This document shows, one piece after another, positions 37,536 through 49,484 of a DNA stretch of 64,000 bases. The notes below the pieces were generated by a model that saw only the letters and a list, made by a program, of their open reading frames with translations, did not search any database and was not told the origin of the DNA. A program made the translations under genes and the position numbers. Source of the DNA: Neodothiora populina (taxonomy: Eukaryota); NCBI RefSeq assembly GCF_041146345.1, contig NW_027191409.1:372001-436000 (forward strand), read 5' to 3'. Every line of letters begins with the position of its first letter. Position 1 is the first letter of the stretch.

Positions 37536-39518
37536 TCAATCCCTCCGGAGTAATCCCATCCTCATAGCCGTCAGAAAACAAACACAGACGAATAGAATCA
37601 TGAAACCAAGAATGCCAAACCACCACCCCAGATTACCTGCGTCCATGCCCGGCACACGGACATTCATACCGAACAGACCAGTCACGAGGTTCAGCGGCAC
37701 CAGAATGGTCGCCAACACGGTGACTTTGGACAGGAGACTGTTGGCTTTGTTGCCCTGGGTGATGTTGTCGACGGAGATTTGCGCGAGGTAGTTGGAGTGA
37801 CTGCGCGAGTTCATCTTTTCGAAATGCGACAGGTTGGACATCATTGTGACGACGTGGTCTTGCACGTCAGACAGATAAAGACCCACGTCTCCGCGCGGCG
37901 CCATGCTGTATTGATCGTTGCATCTTTTGGCGAATCCTTTGATGACATCGGCCTTGCCTCCCAGCAGCCGCAGGAGCGACATGACTTTCTTCCTGCATTC
38001 TGAGATCTGGCGGAGGATCTGCCGAGAGTCCTCGAAGCGTGCGACGAATACTTGGTCTTCGATTGCGTCGGCTTCGATTTCGACGTCGCGGAGCACGGGT
38101 CCGAATGCGTCGACGATGTCATCGATCAACGCATAACAAATCCAGTCCGAGGAAAGATTGACATAATCTCTGAGACGACCGATACGTTTGCGTACATTGG
38201 CCGCGTGAGGGTTGGCGCAGAAGGTAAAGGTCAAAAGACCCTCACGGAACACGACAGCATAAACGTTGATGGGTTCCATGAACAATTCGCTGGTCTTGTC
38301 TTCCTGGTAGAAGGATCTGAAACAGACAAAGTAATAAGAACGGAAAAGCTCAACTTTCTCGCGCGTTTCCTGGGTCGTGATATCCTCGCGAGTCAAAGGA
38401 TGGACGCCAAATGCCTTGCAAATGGCAAAGACCTCTTCCTCTGATGGATTGAGCATATCAAGCCACCAGACACCCCCGTCTGGGCCAAGCTCGAACAAGT
38501 CACGGAATGTCTCGCCAGGCATCAGTAAATCACCGAGTTCAGAGGCGTGAACCGTGTCGTCTGCTTCCGAACTGAAGAAGGTGAATCTATTAAAGTTCTC
38601 GGGGATGCCGGCAAGGCGATGAGCGTCGGTCTCGCCTGCCTGCTGAGCCTCGACCTTCTCATCAATCTTTTCTTCGCTGGACGATCCGTGTCCGAGGCTC
38701 AGGAAGCTGGAGTTGGTCTTGGTAGGCCTGAGGTCGTTGAAGATCTTAACCTCCGATGGGGTACTTCTACTGAGTTGCTGAGAGAACGGATGGGGGCAAG
38801 GAGTCCTATCGTGAGTTTCGGCCACAAACTCCTCGAGTTCCTCATAGTCAATCGTGTAGGTTTTGCTGGCATCTCTGTCCGGAGGAAAGCAAACATCATC
38901 CTCCACAGAGCTACGTCGGCTCTCAACAGTGTGGGTAGACTTGACCTCGCTGAAAGTAGGTCGACGCCCCCGGGGATGAGTACTGTTAGAGACTGTACGC
39001 TGGAGAGTCAGATTGGTCACAGATGGTTGACTGGTAACCGTGCCTGCGCGACGGCGACGCTGGGGAGGGGCAAAAGCGTCGACCGAGTTGGGCGGGGAAG
39101 TAGAGCGCGAGCGAGAAGTATCGCGGCTTCTACTGGGCTGCGCATCTGGATCCTGGTAGCTGTTCTGGCGCTCACGGTCGTGCCTCTTAAGAGTTCCTTT
39201 GCGTCCGATAGGCGCGCTGAGCGAAATACGTCTCCACGGCTCGGTGCCTTGTTCGGACTGAGTGGTGATCTGGTCATCCTCGATCACGGCGGCCGTCTGT
39301 TCGAAATCTCTCGCGATGCTGCCGTGACCCATCTCGAGTTGCGCATTGAGCGCTGCCATATCGGGGCGAGTCTCGGTCATGCTGGTAAAGGTACCACGTC
39401 GCGAGCCCGTGCGGTGCTCGACCCGCGGCAAAGACTCTTCCTGGAATCGGTGGTCATCAAGGTCAGACACAGGAGTGCTGAACCTCGTACGAGATCCGGA
39501 CCTTGGAGTATCGGTCAT
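37536..39518 (-). CDS. CorA-family Mg2+ transporter (ALR1-like)
   Basis: WWLDM, FGVHPLTREDI, DWICYALIDDIVD, GLFGMNV (GMN signature) between two C-terminal transmembrane helices. Confidence 0.93.
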   Translation of the reverse strand: MTDTPRSGSRTRFSTPVSDLDDHRFQEESLPRVEHRTGSRRGTFTSMTETRPDMAALNAQLEMGHGSIARDFEQTAAVIEDDQITTQSEQGTEPWRRISLSAPIGRKGTLKRHDRERQNSYQDPDAQPSRSRDTSRSRSTSPPNSVDAFAPPQRRRRAGTVTSQPSVTNLTLQRTVSNSTHPRGRRPTFSEVKSTHTVESRRSSVEDDVCFPPDRDASKTYTIDYEELEEFVAETHDRTPCPHPFSQQLSRSTPSEVKIFNDLRPTKTNSSFLSLGHGSSSEEKIDEKVEAQQAGETDAHRLAGIPENFNRFTFFSSEADDTVHASELGDLLMPGETFRDLFELGPDGGVWWLDMLNPSEEEVFAICKAFGVHPLTREDITTQETREKVELFRSYYFVCFRSFYQEDKTSELFMEPINVYAVVFREGLLTFTFCANPHAANVRKRIGRLRDYVNLSSDWICYALIDDIVDAFGPVLRDVEIEADAIEDQVFVARFEDSRQILRQISECRKKVMSLLRLLGGKADVIKGFAKRCNDQYSMAPRGDVGLYLSDVQDHVVTMMSNLSHFEKMNSRSHSNYLAQISVDNITQGNKANSLLSKVTVLATILVPLNLVTGLFGMNVRVPGMDAGNLGWWFGILGFMILFVCVCFLTAMRMGLLRRD

Positions 39519-41287
39519 TTTTGTTTTGGTATTGTCTTGTTTACTGTAATATTAAGTCCTGTTGGATGTATCCGAACCCTTATCCTCCTTACACTGCAAT
39601 GAGCGGATAGATAGGCGCTTTTGGGAATAGCGAGAGGTGAGCGGCGCGCACGCGCTCACCACTGGATGGCGCTCAACTTGAACGACGGCTTCGCGCAGGG
39701 TGCGGCCCTACACTAAGCCGATGGGTACCCTTTGTGGGATTTAATCGCCAGTCTACCCCCTTACTTCCGTAAGATGGTGTCTATGATGATGTGTCTTCTC
39801 TCTGCTGCAAGCAGGTTGATGCGATGATGCACTGCCAAAGGGCAGTTATGGAGGCCTAGTGTCGCCTCCGCAGACGACCCTCTTTGGGCCGAGGAGGGGG
39901 CGGGAGGAGGAGGAGTGGGAGGAGTTGATGACCGCCAACTTGGTGGTATCCAGCTTGAAGGCGCCGAAACGGCGGTTGAGGTTCTATTGAGAGTAGAGCT
40001 GCTGTGTTAGTGGCGCACCTGAACCTGCTGCCAGACTAGGAGGAGAATCCAGGTATGATGCAGGTAGTCACTATTTTCTCAGGGGCGGACGGCTGAAAGG
40101 TCTATATAGGGAAGGTCTTGTTTCAATGAGCTTTCAAGCGAGGGGTGAAAATTGAGGTTGTGACTGGATGTCATAAGCCAGATGGCTGGTAATAAGAAAC
40201 AAGAAAGAGAGAAGGGCAGCGACGACTTTCAGACAGACGTTTGTCCATGTCACGTCAAGGTCAAGGCTTTCCAAGGCTTTCTTTGCTGCTAACCTGGAAG
40301 GTGCTGCCGCTGTTTCCCGCCAAGCCCCAATAATGGCTGTTCCGTACCTTAGGGGAAAGAAACAGCGAAAGGAGGGCGGCCGAGGGGCAAAGCGTGCACG
40401 CGCAAAGCAATTATCCACAGCCAATAAATCTGCATCGTGTCTGAAAGTCTGCTCGTCTGTCCGGCACATGGGGGGGTTCCTTGTCATCTTATTCGTTGCT
40501 GTTGTGTCTAGACACTCGGCCTGCTTTTTATTTTCTGTTCTTTCGCACCCATGTCACACATGGCACATGCATTATCGCAACGCCTGCGATAATTATTTTC
40601 ACTATGCATCTTGTGTACCTGCAGTCATATCCTTGCATTCTTTTCGCTGCATGAGATCATGACAAGCATCTGTAGCGTCGATTTAGCGGCTTTCGCGTCT
40701 GGCCCTTTCTCTGACACTAGTCTGGACACAGCAACCCAAACCACTATGCACAGTCCCAGGCAGCGTGAGTGACATTTCGCGCATGCCTTTCTCGAGAAAT
40801 CTACAGTATCATCCAGCAGACCTGCAGCTGTACAGCAGAGGTGTTATCATCGATACATTTGTTGCATTCACAGATCATGTGAGCAACGCATGTCGATCTA
40901 ATGAAGACTCACCAACTCCTGCTTTGTGTACACACATCGTGTCTTATCCGACCCAGAGACTGTATGACCACACGCCTCGCCAGGAATAACACTCTGTGCA
41001 GTCAGGCCATCCACAGCTAAGCCTCCACCAGGAGTGGGAAGATTTGCTCGTGTCGTCTCCACTTTAGATGGAATGGGCACAAGTATAGTGCACAAAGATT
41101 GTTGTGCTGGGCTTCACAGCTTGCAGAGTGCAACATAGCTCGACAATATCCATGGAATCTGATCGAGTCTAGCGCAAGGCAATCCGTCCGATTGATGCGA
41201 GCGGCTGCACACGAGATCTGGACCGTCCTGCTGGGTTGCAAAGTCTTTCTGGACATATACTTCCCATGCAAGCACAGGTCCTAACAA

Positions 41288-41377
41288 GGTTCTGTGGTGT
41301 AGTTGGTTATCACTTCTGTCTAACAAGTATTTTCTCTTGTCCACAGGCGGTCCCCGGTTCGAACCCGGGCGGAATCA
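41288..41377 (+). tRNA. tRNA-Val(AAC) with ~16-nt intron
   Basis: Acceptor GGTTCTG/CGGAATC, A box TGGTGTAGTTGG, anticodon arm TCTGT-CT-AAC-A[intron]C-ACAGG, T arm GGTTCGAACCC. Confidence 0.88.
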
Positions 41378-41477
41378 TGTTTTGCCTTCTGATCGTTGAA
41401 GAGGCCCATCTCCTTTTTGGCATGGACGGTATTGTTTTGATGGATATCTACTTATCCAATTCGAGACAAAACATCAA

Positions 41478-41563
41478 GCCCTCTTAGCTCAGTTGGTAGA
41501 GCGCGGCACTAGTATCCCATATACGCAATGCCGAGGTCGCCAGTTCGACTCTGTCAGAGGGCA
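41478..41563 (+). tRNA. tRNA-Thr(AGT) with ~13-nt intron
   Basis: Acceptor GCCCTCT/AGAGGGC, TAGCTCAGTTGGTAGAGC, arm CGGCA-CT-AGT-A[intron]A-TGCCG, GTTCGAC; one T-stem mismatch. Confidence 0.88.
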
Positions 41564-43687
41564 GTAATAATCTCCTTTTGTGGATGTTTGTGTTTTTTTG
41601 TAGCTAGCGATATCCGTATCAATGCTGATCAAGGCTGTCTTTTTCGTTCATTTTTCACTCAATTGGTATATTCGGCGCATGCTACGTGAGATGTGACCAG
41701 TGGAAATAACTCATCACGTCATTCGAATGAGGAAGTAGAGATTCCACAGCGCTGGTGAAGCAATAACATGGTGTAGGCGTTATTTCTATGCATACACTCG
41801 ATGCACATCATTCCAGCAATCACATGCAATTAGACATAACTGAGTGCAATTGAATTACGCGATTTGGCAAGCTCTGAAGCCTCAAGTACCTCGTATCATT
41901 TGTGTAACGATGATTTTCTTCTTCAAAACCAGGCCCTCTCACAGACCAGATATCGATGAAAAAAGAGATGAAGTGGCAGCCTGTCAGAAGTCCCACAACA
42001 CCCACCCAGTCAAGCCGACACGAAGCCAGACACTCGAAAAGGTCGAGATCATCACCACTTCCAGCGATTGAAAGTAAAAAATCGGCATCACTCTTGGGTA
42101 TCGGGGATATCTCTCATCAGCCAGGTTGGAGTTCTGTGGCTCTTGTGAAGAGTTCAGATAAGGTCGCTAACTTTAGAAAATGATTCTATGAAGTAAAGTC
42201 GACTGGTGAGATTAAGAGGAGGGCGAGGGAGAGCAGGCTTATATACCAGGTGGTGGGAGAAGGGGTGGCCAGAAGGGATGGACTTTGGGACGAAAAATTT
42301 CCACCACGGCCCACCCTTGCCGCGCATAAAGCCTTTGATAGGCCACTACGGTCTCCACTGCTACACATTTTGACACTCAGTGTGCTCCAGATGCACCGGT
42401 AGAAAAGCAAGTTCTTACGTAAATGTGTGCAAGATTTTCCAACTGACCAGGATGATTCGGGCCTTCTCTGAGACGGCTCGCTTAGGTCACGTGCTGTGCT
42501 CCCTCTCTCCGGTCTCACTTGTACCCGGCCTACCAGACACTCAAAGCACATGCGCATATGAACAGGCAGAAGAACAATCTTTCTCATATCTTCTACAACA
42601 AGTCTGACATTCTATAGCATCGTGACTCGCCTCATGAATCTTATAAGGCTGCTTATAGTATCTGGAGATCTCATGTAGGTATGCCAGAACCAGTACACAT
42701 CGTCGACGGGCACGTAGTACCTCCCAACTGCAGCATCTCATGATGTCCTTTTCGCACAACACAGTACTACGCCTTGCTTCAGCAGCGTTTTTGAACATAA
42801 GATAGTTGTAAGAGATTTGCTGTGGAAAGACAAATGACTCGGGCTACTAGACAAAGCACGGGATCCAGGCACGCAACACCTCCCTGGCTACATCTCAGAG
42901 TTGTAAAGTGATATGGTATGTTTCAGTGACCTACTTCAGATGCTGTTCAAGCCAATAGCTATTCTTCGAGGGATTGATTGTTGGTGAATCGAATAAGCCC
43001 GAGCCAACGAAGAGGGAAGCACAGCTGACAGGCACGTGATGATCCTTTGCAACATCTCATGAAAACAACACAATATAATATGGTACTATGCTTTGCTTCA
43101 GCTGCTTCTGATTCCTTCTCCGCTACTATGGGATATAGTCACCGCGCTGGCTAGGGAGGTCATGTTGACGTTGCCTATGATGTCGGCCTCGTCGTTAGTC
43201 AGACCGACGGTTTCTGAAGGAAGAATTGGAGATGGTGCTGGAAGATAAAGTGGAGAGGTGCCGGGGCTGAGATTGTCTTTGATTTTGCTAAGCAGGACTC
43301 AGCATGCAAATTTCTGTGGTCTATACGGAGTAGTCGTTGTATCAATACGGCTAGGTGCTTCTAGCACTCCTGCTGTGGGTTGTGACGTGAGCGCCATATG
43401 CTCTGAGCTGATAGGCGTGTTGGATACTGCTAGGTCATTTGTTGTTTATGCAATTTGCTGATTCAATCCATATTATATTGCTATGCTGCTCCATTTTTGT
43501 CGAGCATTCTTGGTATCGCATTAGCTGGCAGCAGCTGCTCACTCATCGTGCGTGTCGGGCGAGGAACTTATGGTAATAATGAAGTAGCTGGACATATGAG
43601 GTCTAAGCCCAGGGAGCGGGCTCGATCTGTTGTCAAAAAAACGAGCAATAGATATATACCATGCCACTGCCACGAAATATCAACGAC

Positions 43688-43806
43688 CTCTGCTTGGTGT
43701 AGTTGGTTATCGCGTCCGACTGTAATTGAAGTCGTCTCTTGGTTCACCAGAGATTAAGCATAACGTTGTTATCGGAAGGTCCCTGGTTCGATTCCGGGAG
43801 CGGAGA
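43688..43806 (+). tRNA. tRNA-Tyr(GTA) with ~45-nt intron
   Basis: Acceptor CTCTGCT/AGCGGAG, arm TCCGA-CT-GTA-A[intron]A-TCGGA, GGTTCGATTCC, then a T8 Pol III terminator. Confidence 0.9.
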
Positions 43807-44748
43807 TTTTTTTTGTTTCCTTGTTATGTCTGAGGTCTTGGCACCTGACTTGAGGGTAACCCTGGTTCCCTTGTCCACAACATCACTGTCTAGCTTCTGA
43901 CGATAGCATCATGGTATTTTCTTCTCCGTCTGCGTCGAAAATTACGATATAGCGAGCTATGGTATACTGCTATAATGATGACACAGTGCGCCGTATCATT
44001 GTGACTGTGTAGCTGCCGCTGGTGTTCACGAAGTTCACTGAATGAATTCAGATCGACTCATAAAGACAAAGACACACAAGTAGGATCAGCTCGAAACCAA
44101 CACTTCCCAATTACACCATGAATTTTCACCTATCGACAAACGCGGAGAATTCATGAAGTCAGAGAGGCACTTACCCGACTCGACCATAAGAAATGTGGAT
44201 TTCTCGACAATGGCGACCCCTGGAGAGTAGCAGCCGAAGCGAGGCACGATAGTGTATCTTTCTGAATTGGCTCTCGCGGCTGCTCAAGAGCCTTCGAGCA
44301 CTTGATTCGCACCAGTGCTCGAAGTCACGTAGCACCAAGGTCATACTCAGGAAAGCTGGGTTCAAAACCCAAGAATTTGCTCTTATTGCCACGACAGCCG
44401 CAGACCAAGCTCAAGATGTGTGGATGTTACGTTGATATAGTGACCTGACACCTTTCTGTGCAGCAGTTGCCATGTGTGGACACGAAAACAGGGGACGGTC
44501 ACGACTGTTGGAAGCAGACAAGCAGGCACAGAACGAACCACCATCTCAATCTCATGCAGAGAGGCATCGGCACAGCTGAAGCGAGGCATGGTGATATATT
44601 ATAATCGCCAACTTCCATGAGATGCAGGAGAAGTTTATCGTGTGCCTGTCGAGTACGTGTGCCCTCTCATCTGTGGTGACGTGGACAGTACTCGCGGCGG
44701 TTCTCTTTTAACTACAAAAAGTCCTTCTCGCAGCAGCCTGAGGTCTAT

Positions 44749-46716
44749 AAGGACAGAAAGACAACCGAGGAGAGAGCTGTCGCTGAAGCAGAGGAGGCCA
44801 GGCTAAGAACACTCAGAAGAAAGCAAAGAAGCGGAGTGCAGACCAACGCCGGCAATGCAGCTCCCCTTTCTACCTCGACGTCAAGTGCCAGCATGATGCA
44901 GGCAAGTGCAGTCATCGCATTTTGTGCTTGCAGAAGACGAGAAGAGATACATTGCCGTTGATGGACTTATTTACTACGATTTGTGATACACCCTTGAACA
45001 AGACAAACCAGTGAACGCTAAGTGAACGGAAAGAATCCAAGCACAGATCGTTGCAGCAGAGAAAGAAGCGGGTTTGGTATAGTCCTAATCAAGAAACTTA
45101 CATGTTTCAGAGGTGTGCAATTCCATCCGACCTGGCAAAACCGACATGGAAGGCACTTAATTCGACCTGGTCGATATCTTAGGGAGTAAGACAGGACGAG
45201 AACTTATCTCGTGTTTGCAGTCGTTGCGGTAAGACAGGTGGGGACAACAACTGTTACTGGACATCGAAAGATCGTCCATGCGATAGTGTTTCCTGCTCCA
45301 ATTGCTATGTTTATAGGCGCCGACATGGCGTGCCACGACCGTTGAGCTTGGAAGCTGCTCGTAAGGGAGTTGATCGCCCACAGCCTGAGGAAGGACTTTG
45401 CGAAGTTAAGGATTGCTCCAATCCGATCCAGCCTGTATACGACCATCAGGATGGTCAATGGGTCTGCCAAAGCTGCAAAGATCGAAGACGAAATGACAGA
45501 GGTAGTAAGGTGAAAGCAGGCAAAGAGCGTGTCAAAGACATGTCCGAGACAAAATTGGCAGAGTGGAAGGGCATGTCCCATTCGGCGAGGAATGATGAAC
45601 GATACCAAGAGAGACATCTTGAGGCGCGACGTGCCAAGGTGACCCTAGAAGAGAGAGCATTTGATAAGGCAGAGCAGATCAGGCTGGGAAAGCCTAGGAT
45701 GATATCATCACCGCAGGAGTTGAGCACAAATCGATGCAGACAATGCAACTTTCTCTAAAGAAGCAGCCGACAAGGCGGCCCAAGCAGCTGCTGAGGCTTT
45801 GTCCGGGGTGCCTGCTGCCATCACAGAAAGGCTCGAGGTGCACACGACCAAGCCGGCAAAGGGGAAGAGGACCCGCGGGACCCGGGCCCAGATTAAACAC
45901 AGAGTTCGCAGCCCTCACTCGAGACAGCACGATCTCAATGAAGTCTGGATGAAGAGTCGATGAATTTTGATTGAACAGTGAATGAATTATGGATGAATAG
46001 TCAATGAATTCTCGATGAATAGCCAATGACTTCGTCATGAATAGTCCATGCCCGAAACAAAGTTATTTCTTGCATAGAAGACATATCGGAGAAGGAGTTG
46101 GCAGAATGGAACAATATGACCTACTCACAACGCAGCTACAAACGGCAAAAAGGATCGACGGCTTGAGGAACGTCTCTCCAAGATGTTGCCTGAGGAGAGG
46201 GCGTTCGACATAGCCGAAGAAATACAGCTCAGAAGGCCAAGAAGGATCAGACGGACACCAGCACCGATCGCGGCGGATAACGCAGCTCTCGCCCAAGCTG
46301 CAGAAGAAAAGAAGATGCAGGCAGTGATTGTCAATACAACAGCTAGACAGGTCAGGCCTGTGAAGGCTAAGGGCATGGAACGAATTCCAGCACAGATCGC
46401 TGCGGAGAATGCGGCGAAAGAGCAGACTGCAACAGCAGCGAACGAAGCTCAAGCAGCAGTTGTTGACGCCGAGCGCGAGCTGGGTCCAGAGACGGCCACA
46501 CCAGCAAAGTTTAAGCGAGGTAGAACCTCACAGCTCCGTGTTGACACAATGTTTGCAATTGTGCCTTGCAACAACGGACAGAAGGCAACACAAGCATCAA
46601 GCGACGAGACTCCCATGATAGCTGACGATGTCGAGGTCGAGATGAGCAAGCCGACAAGACGGAAGCTCAAGTCTCGCGCTCAGATCAACGCAGAGGCTAC
46701 GGAAGAGGAAGATTGA
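44749..46716 (+). pseudogene. Decayed tandem triplication of an unknown gene with an EERA..AEE.RL module and Cys clusters
   Basis: Similar peptides at ~44749, ~45540-45700 and ~46080-46245, with frameshifts and stops. Confidence 0.5.
45937..46050 (-). repeat. Degenerate 11-bp-period satellite, reverse complement of the 51.6 kb array
   Basis: gatgaatagtc-like units, e.g. gatgaatagtc aatgaattctc gatgaatagcc. Confidence 0.75.
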
Positions 46717-46838
46717 AGCCATGTGTATATATCAGATAGAAAGACATTCGGTTCGAAGGTCAGATTTGCTGTCGGGTCAAACATCGTGTCAAGCATCAGG
46801 TCTTCTAGTGAAGAGGCAATGAGTTCCTAGTGAGCAGT

Positions 46839-46956
46839 CAACGAGATCCTGACGAATAGTTGATGAATTCGGATGAGCAGTCAATGACTCCTCCATGAAT
46901 GGATTTTGACCCTCCAGTAAACGATCGGTGACTACCCAATGGATAGTCCATGAATG
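46839..46956 (-). repeat. Degenerate 11-bp-period satellite, second short copy
   Basis: gacgaatagtt gatgaattcg gatgagcagtc aatgactcctc catgaatggat. Confidence 0.65.
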
Positions 46957-47211
46957 AAAACAATTTCCTTTCGTACAGGATTCTATGTAGTCGAACTCTA
47001 GATGTAGTCAATTGTGTCTCCAGCCTTTCCAAGGTATGACCCCGACTTCTTGGCAGCCTATAACCCTGAGTTGATCCCCAGGTACCCTTACCTTAAGCAC
47101 CACCTAAGCTATTGCATGTGAAAGGAAAGCAGGACGCACACCAATGCACAACAACATTAGCAACGACATCAACACGACTATACTGCATAATCCACAAGAG
47201 AAAAGAAAAAA

Positions 47212-47731
47212 ATGGACGCACTACTCGAACAAGCCCGCTCAGTATGGGAAGGACAAATAGTAGGAGACTCCTATGATCAGCCAGCCCTCAGCAAGGAGTC
47301 GTCAACATACTAATGCAATAATCCACACAGGACTACGAAGGGCAACGACTGGTAGACACACTATCAACGCTGCTCCTCTCAGCAGCAGGCGTAAGTCTTC
47401 CTGCCATCATCCCCTTTTCCCACCAAAAAGAGCAAAAATCAAAGAACCACAAATCCTCTAAGAGACAAATACACAGTTCCTCGCCTTCGTCGTCGGCTTC
47501 GTGACGCAGAATATACAGAATACGCTGTGGATTGGCCTGGGCGGCACGGCGCTGACGTTCGTCGTCTGCGTGCCGCCATGGCCGTTTTATAACAGGAACC
47601 CGCTGCAGTGGTTGCCCGCGAGGAATGCGCCCGTGTCGTCATCGTCGGCGGCGGGGGATTATGGTGGGTATACGAGGGGCCAAGGGTTGGAGGGGATTGA
47701 GATTACGGTTGATGGGAAGAAGGTCCAGTGA
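47212..47731 (+). CDS. SPC1: Signal peptidase complex subunit 1 (SPC12 family), 3 exons
   Basis: MDALLEQARSVWEGQI/DYEGQRL.., two transmembrane segments, VPPWPFYNRNPLQWLP. Confidence 0.9.
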
Positions 47732-48139
47732 TTGTTTCATGGGGCTGCGGAAAAGATGGGGGGTGGTGTCGATGGGCGGCAGTGGAGGTGCGAGCAGAGG
47801 ATAGAGACAGGTTCTGACACTTTGGGTGTTACTGCAGACCGAGACGTTTGTTTGTAGATTGGGTTCATTCTCGCTATTTGATACCTGGGGCACGTATCAT
47901 GCTCGTACGGGGACCATCATGCCCCTGTCCTTCGAGGGCGATAGCCCCCTGCCCTGTACTATTCATCTTCGTGAAAGCTCGAGGCGTCATCTCGCGCGTG
48001 TGATGGGAAACCCGCGACGCCAACCCCCTTATAACGCCATGCATGCAAAAAGAAAAAAAAAACAGGGCTGCGTGTCAAACGAGCGGTAGCCTCGCGCATA
48101 TAGTCTGGTCGCGTACGGGACACGCAGAGACAAAGAGAT

Positions 48140-48679
<540 letters not shown>

Positions 48680-49191
48680 TTTTTGGTGATGTAGTGGCGG
48701 TAACAAGAGAGGAGTCAGAGAGGAAGGCGAATGGCTGGTACGAGATGTAAATCAAGCTTGGTGGTTGTCTAGTAGCGAAGCATAAGGTATGTAAGAGCAA
48801 GTTGCCTGATCAGTGTTTCTCACGGCAGCTCTGAGGAAGGTACAGTAGGTATTGTCAGGTATAATCCACTCTGACGCCGCTCCGGGGAAGACTGCCCTCA
48901 CCTTGCTCCTAATCGATAACAGGTCGGAGTAGTCTTGGCATCAGACTGGAATGGATGGAGTGGATGGAGTGGATGGATGAGGCTCAGAACGGATGCTGAT
49001 TCGCCGGATACGTACAAGTTCAAGTTCAAGTTCAACGTAGGTTAACGAATGACGAAACGCGGCTGCTGCACTGGCCGCGAGGTAATACTTGTACTTGTGG
49101 TGTGTAATGAGAAGAAGTACGCAGTCTGGCGCTCCTCAGCCACAGTCGAGTGACTTTACCCTTTATATTACAACTGAAGCTAACCCAAGGC

Positions 49192-49233
49192 ACAGTACAG
49201 TACAGTACAGTACAGTACAGTACAGTACAGTAC
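49192..49233. repeat. (ACAGT)n pentanucleotide microsatellite
   Basis: about eight perfect units. Confidence 0.9.
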
Positions 49234-49484
49234 TTGTAGTGGCACCTTCCTTGCTCCTTTTGCTCCAACTCACACTTCTCACACCGGATATGCAGACTGA
49301 AACCTCCGTTAATTCTTCATCATTCGTCTCCAGCTCCTCGCATACCCCACATCAGCCTCCATCCGACTCGCTCCTTCCGACAATATCACAACCAGCGACT
49401 GCAGCTGCCCGACCTCCTGACTAGTCAACTCCTTGAACTTCAACACGTCTTCATTTCCACCCGAATCCACCCTCGCTAGAGGTC

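Noticed and set aside
38547..39602. 351-aa + strand ORF (and the 271-aa ORF at 33984-34799)
   Set aside because: Antisense to the CorA and LIN1 coding regions; shadow ORFs
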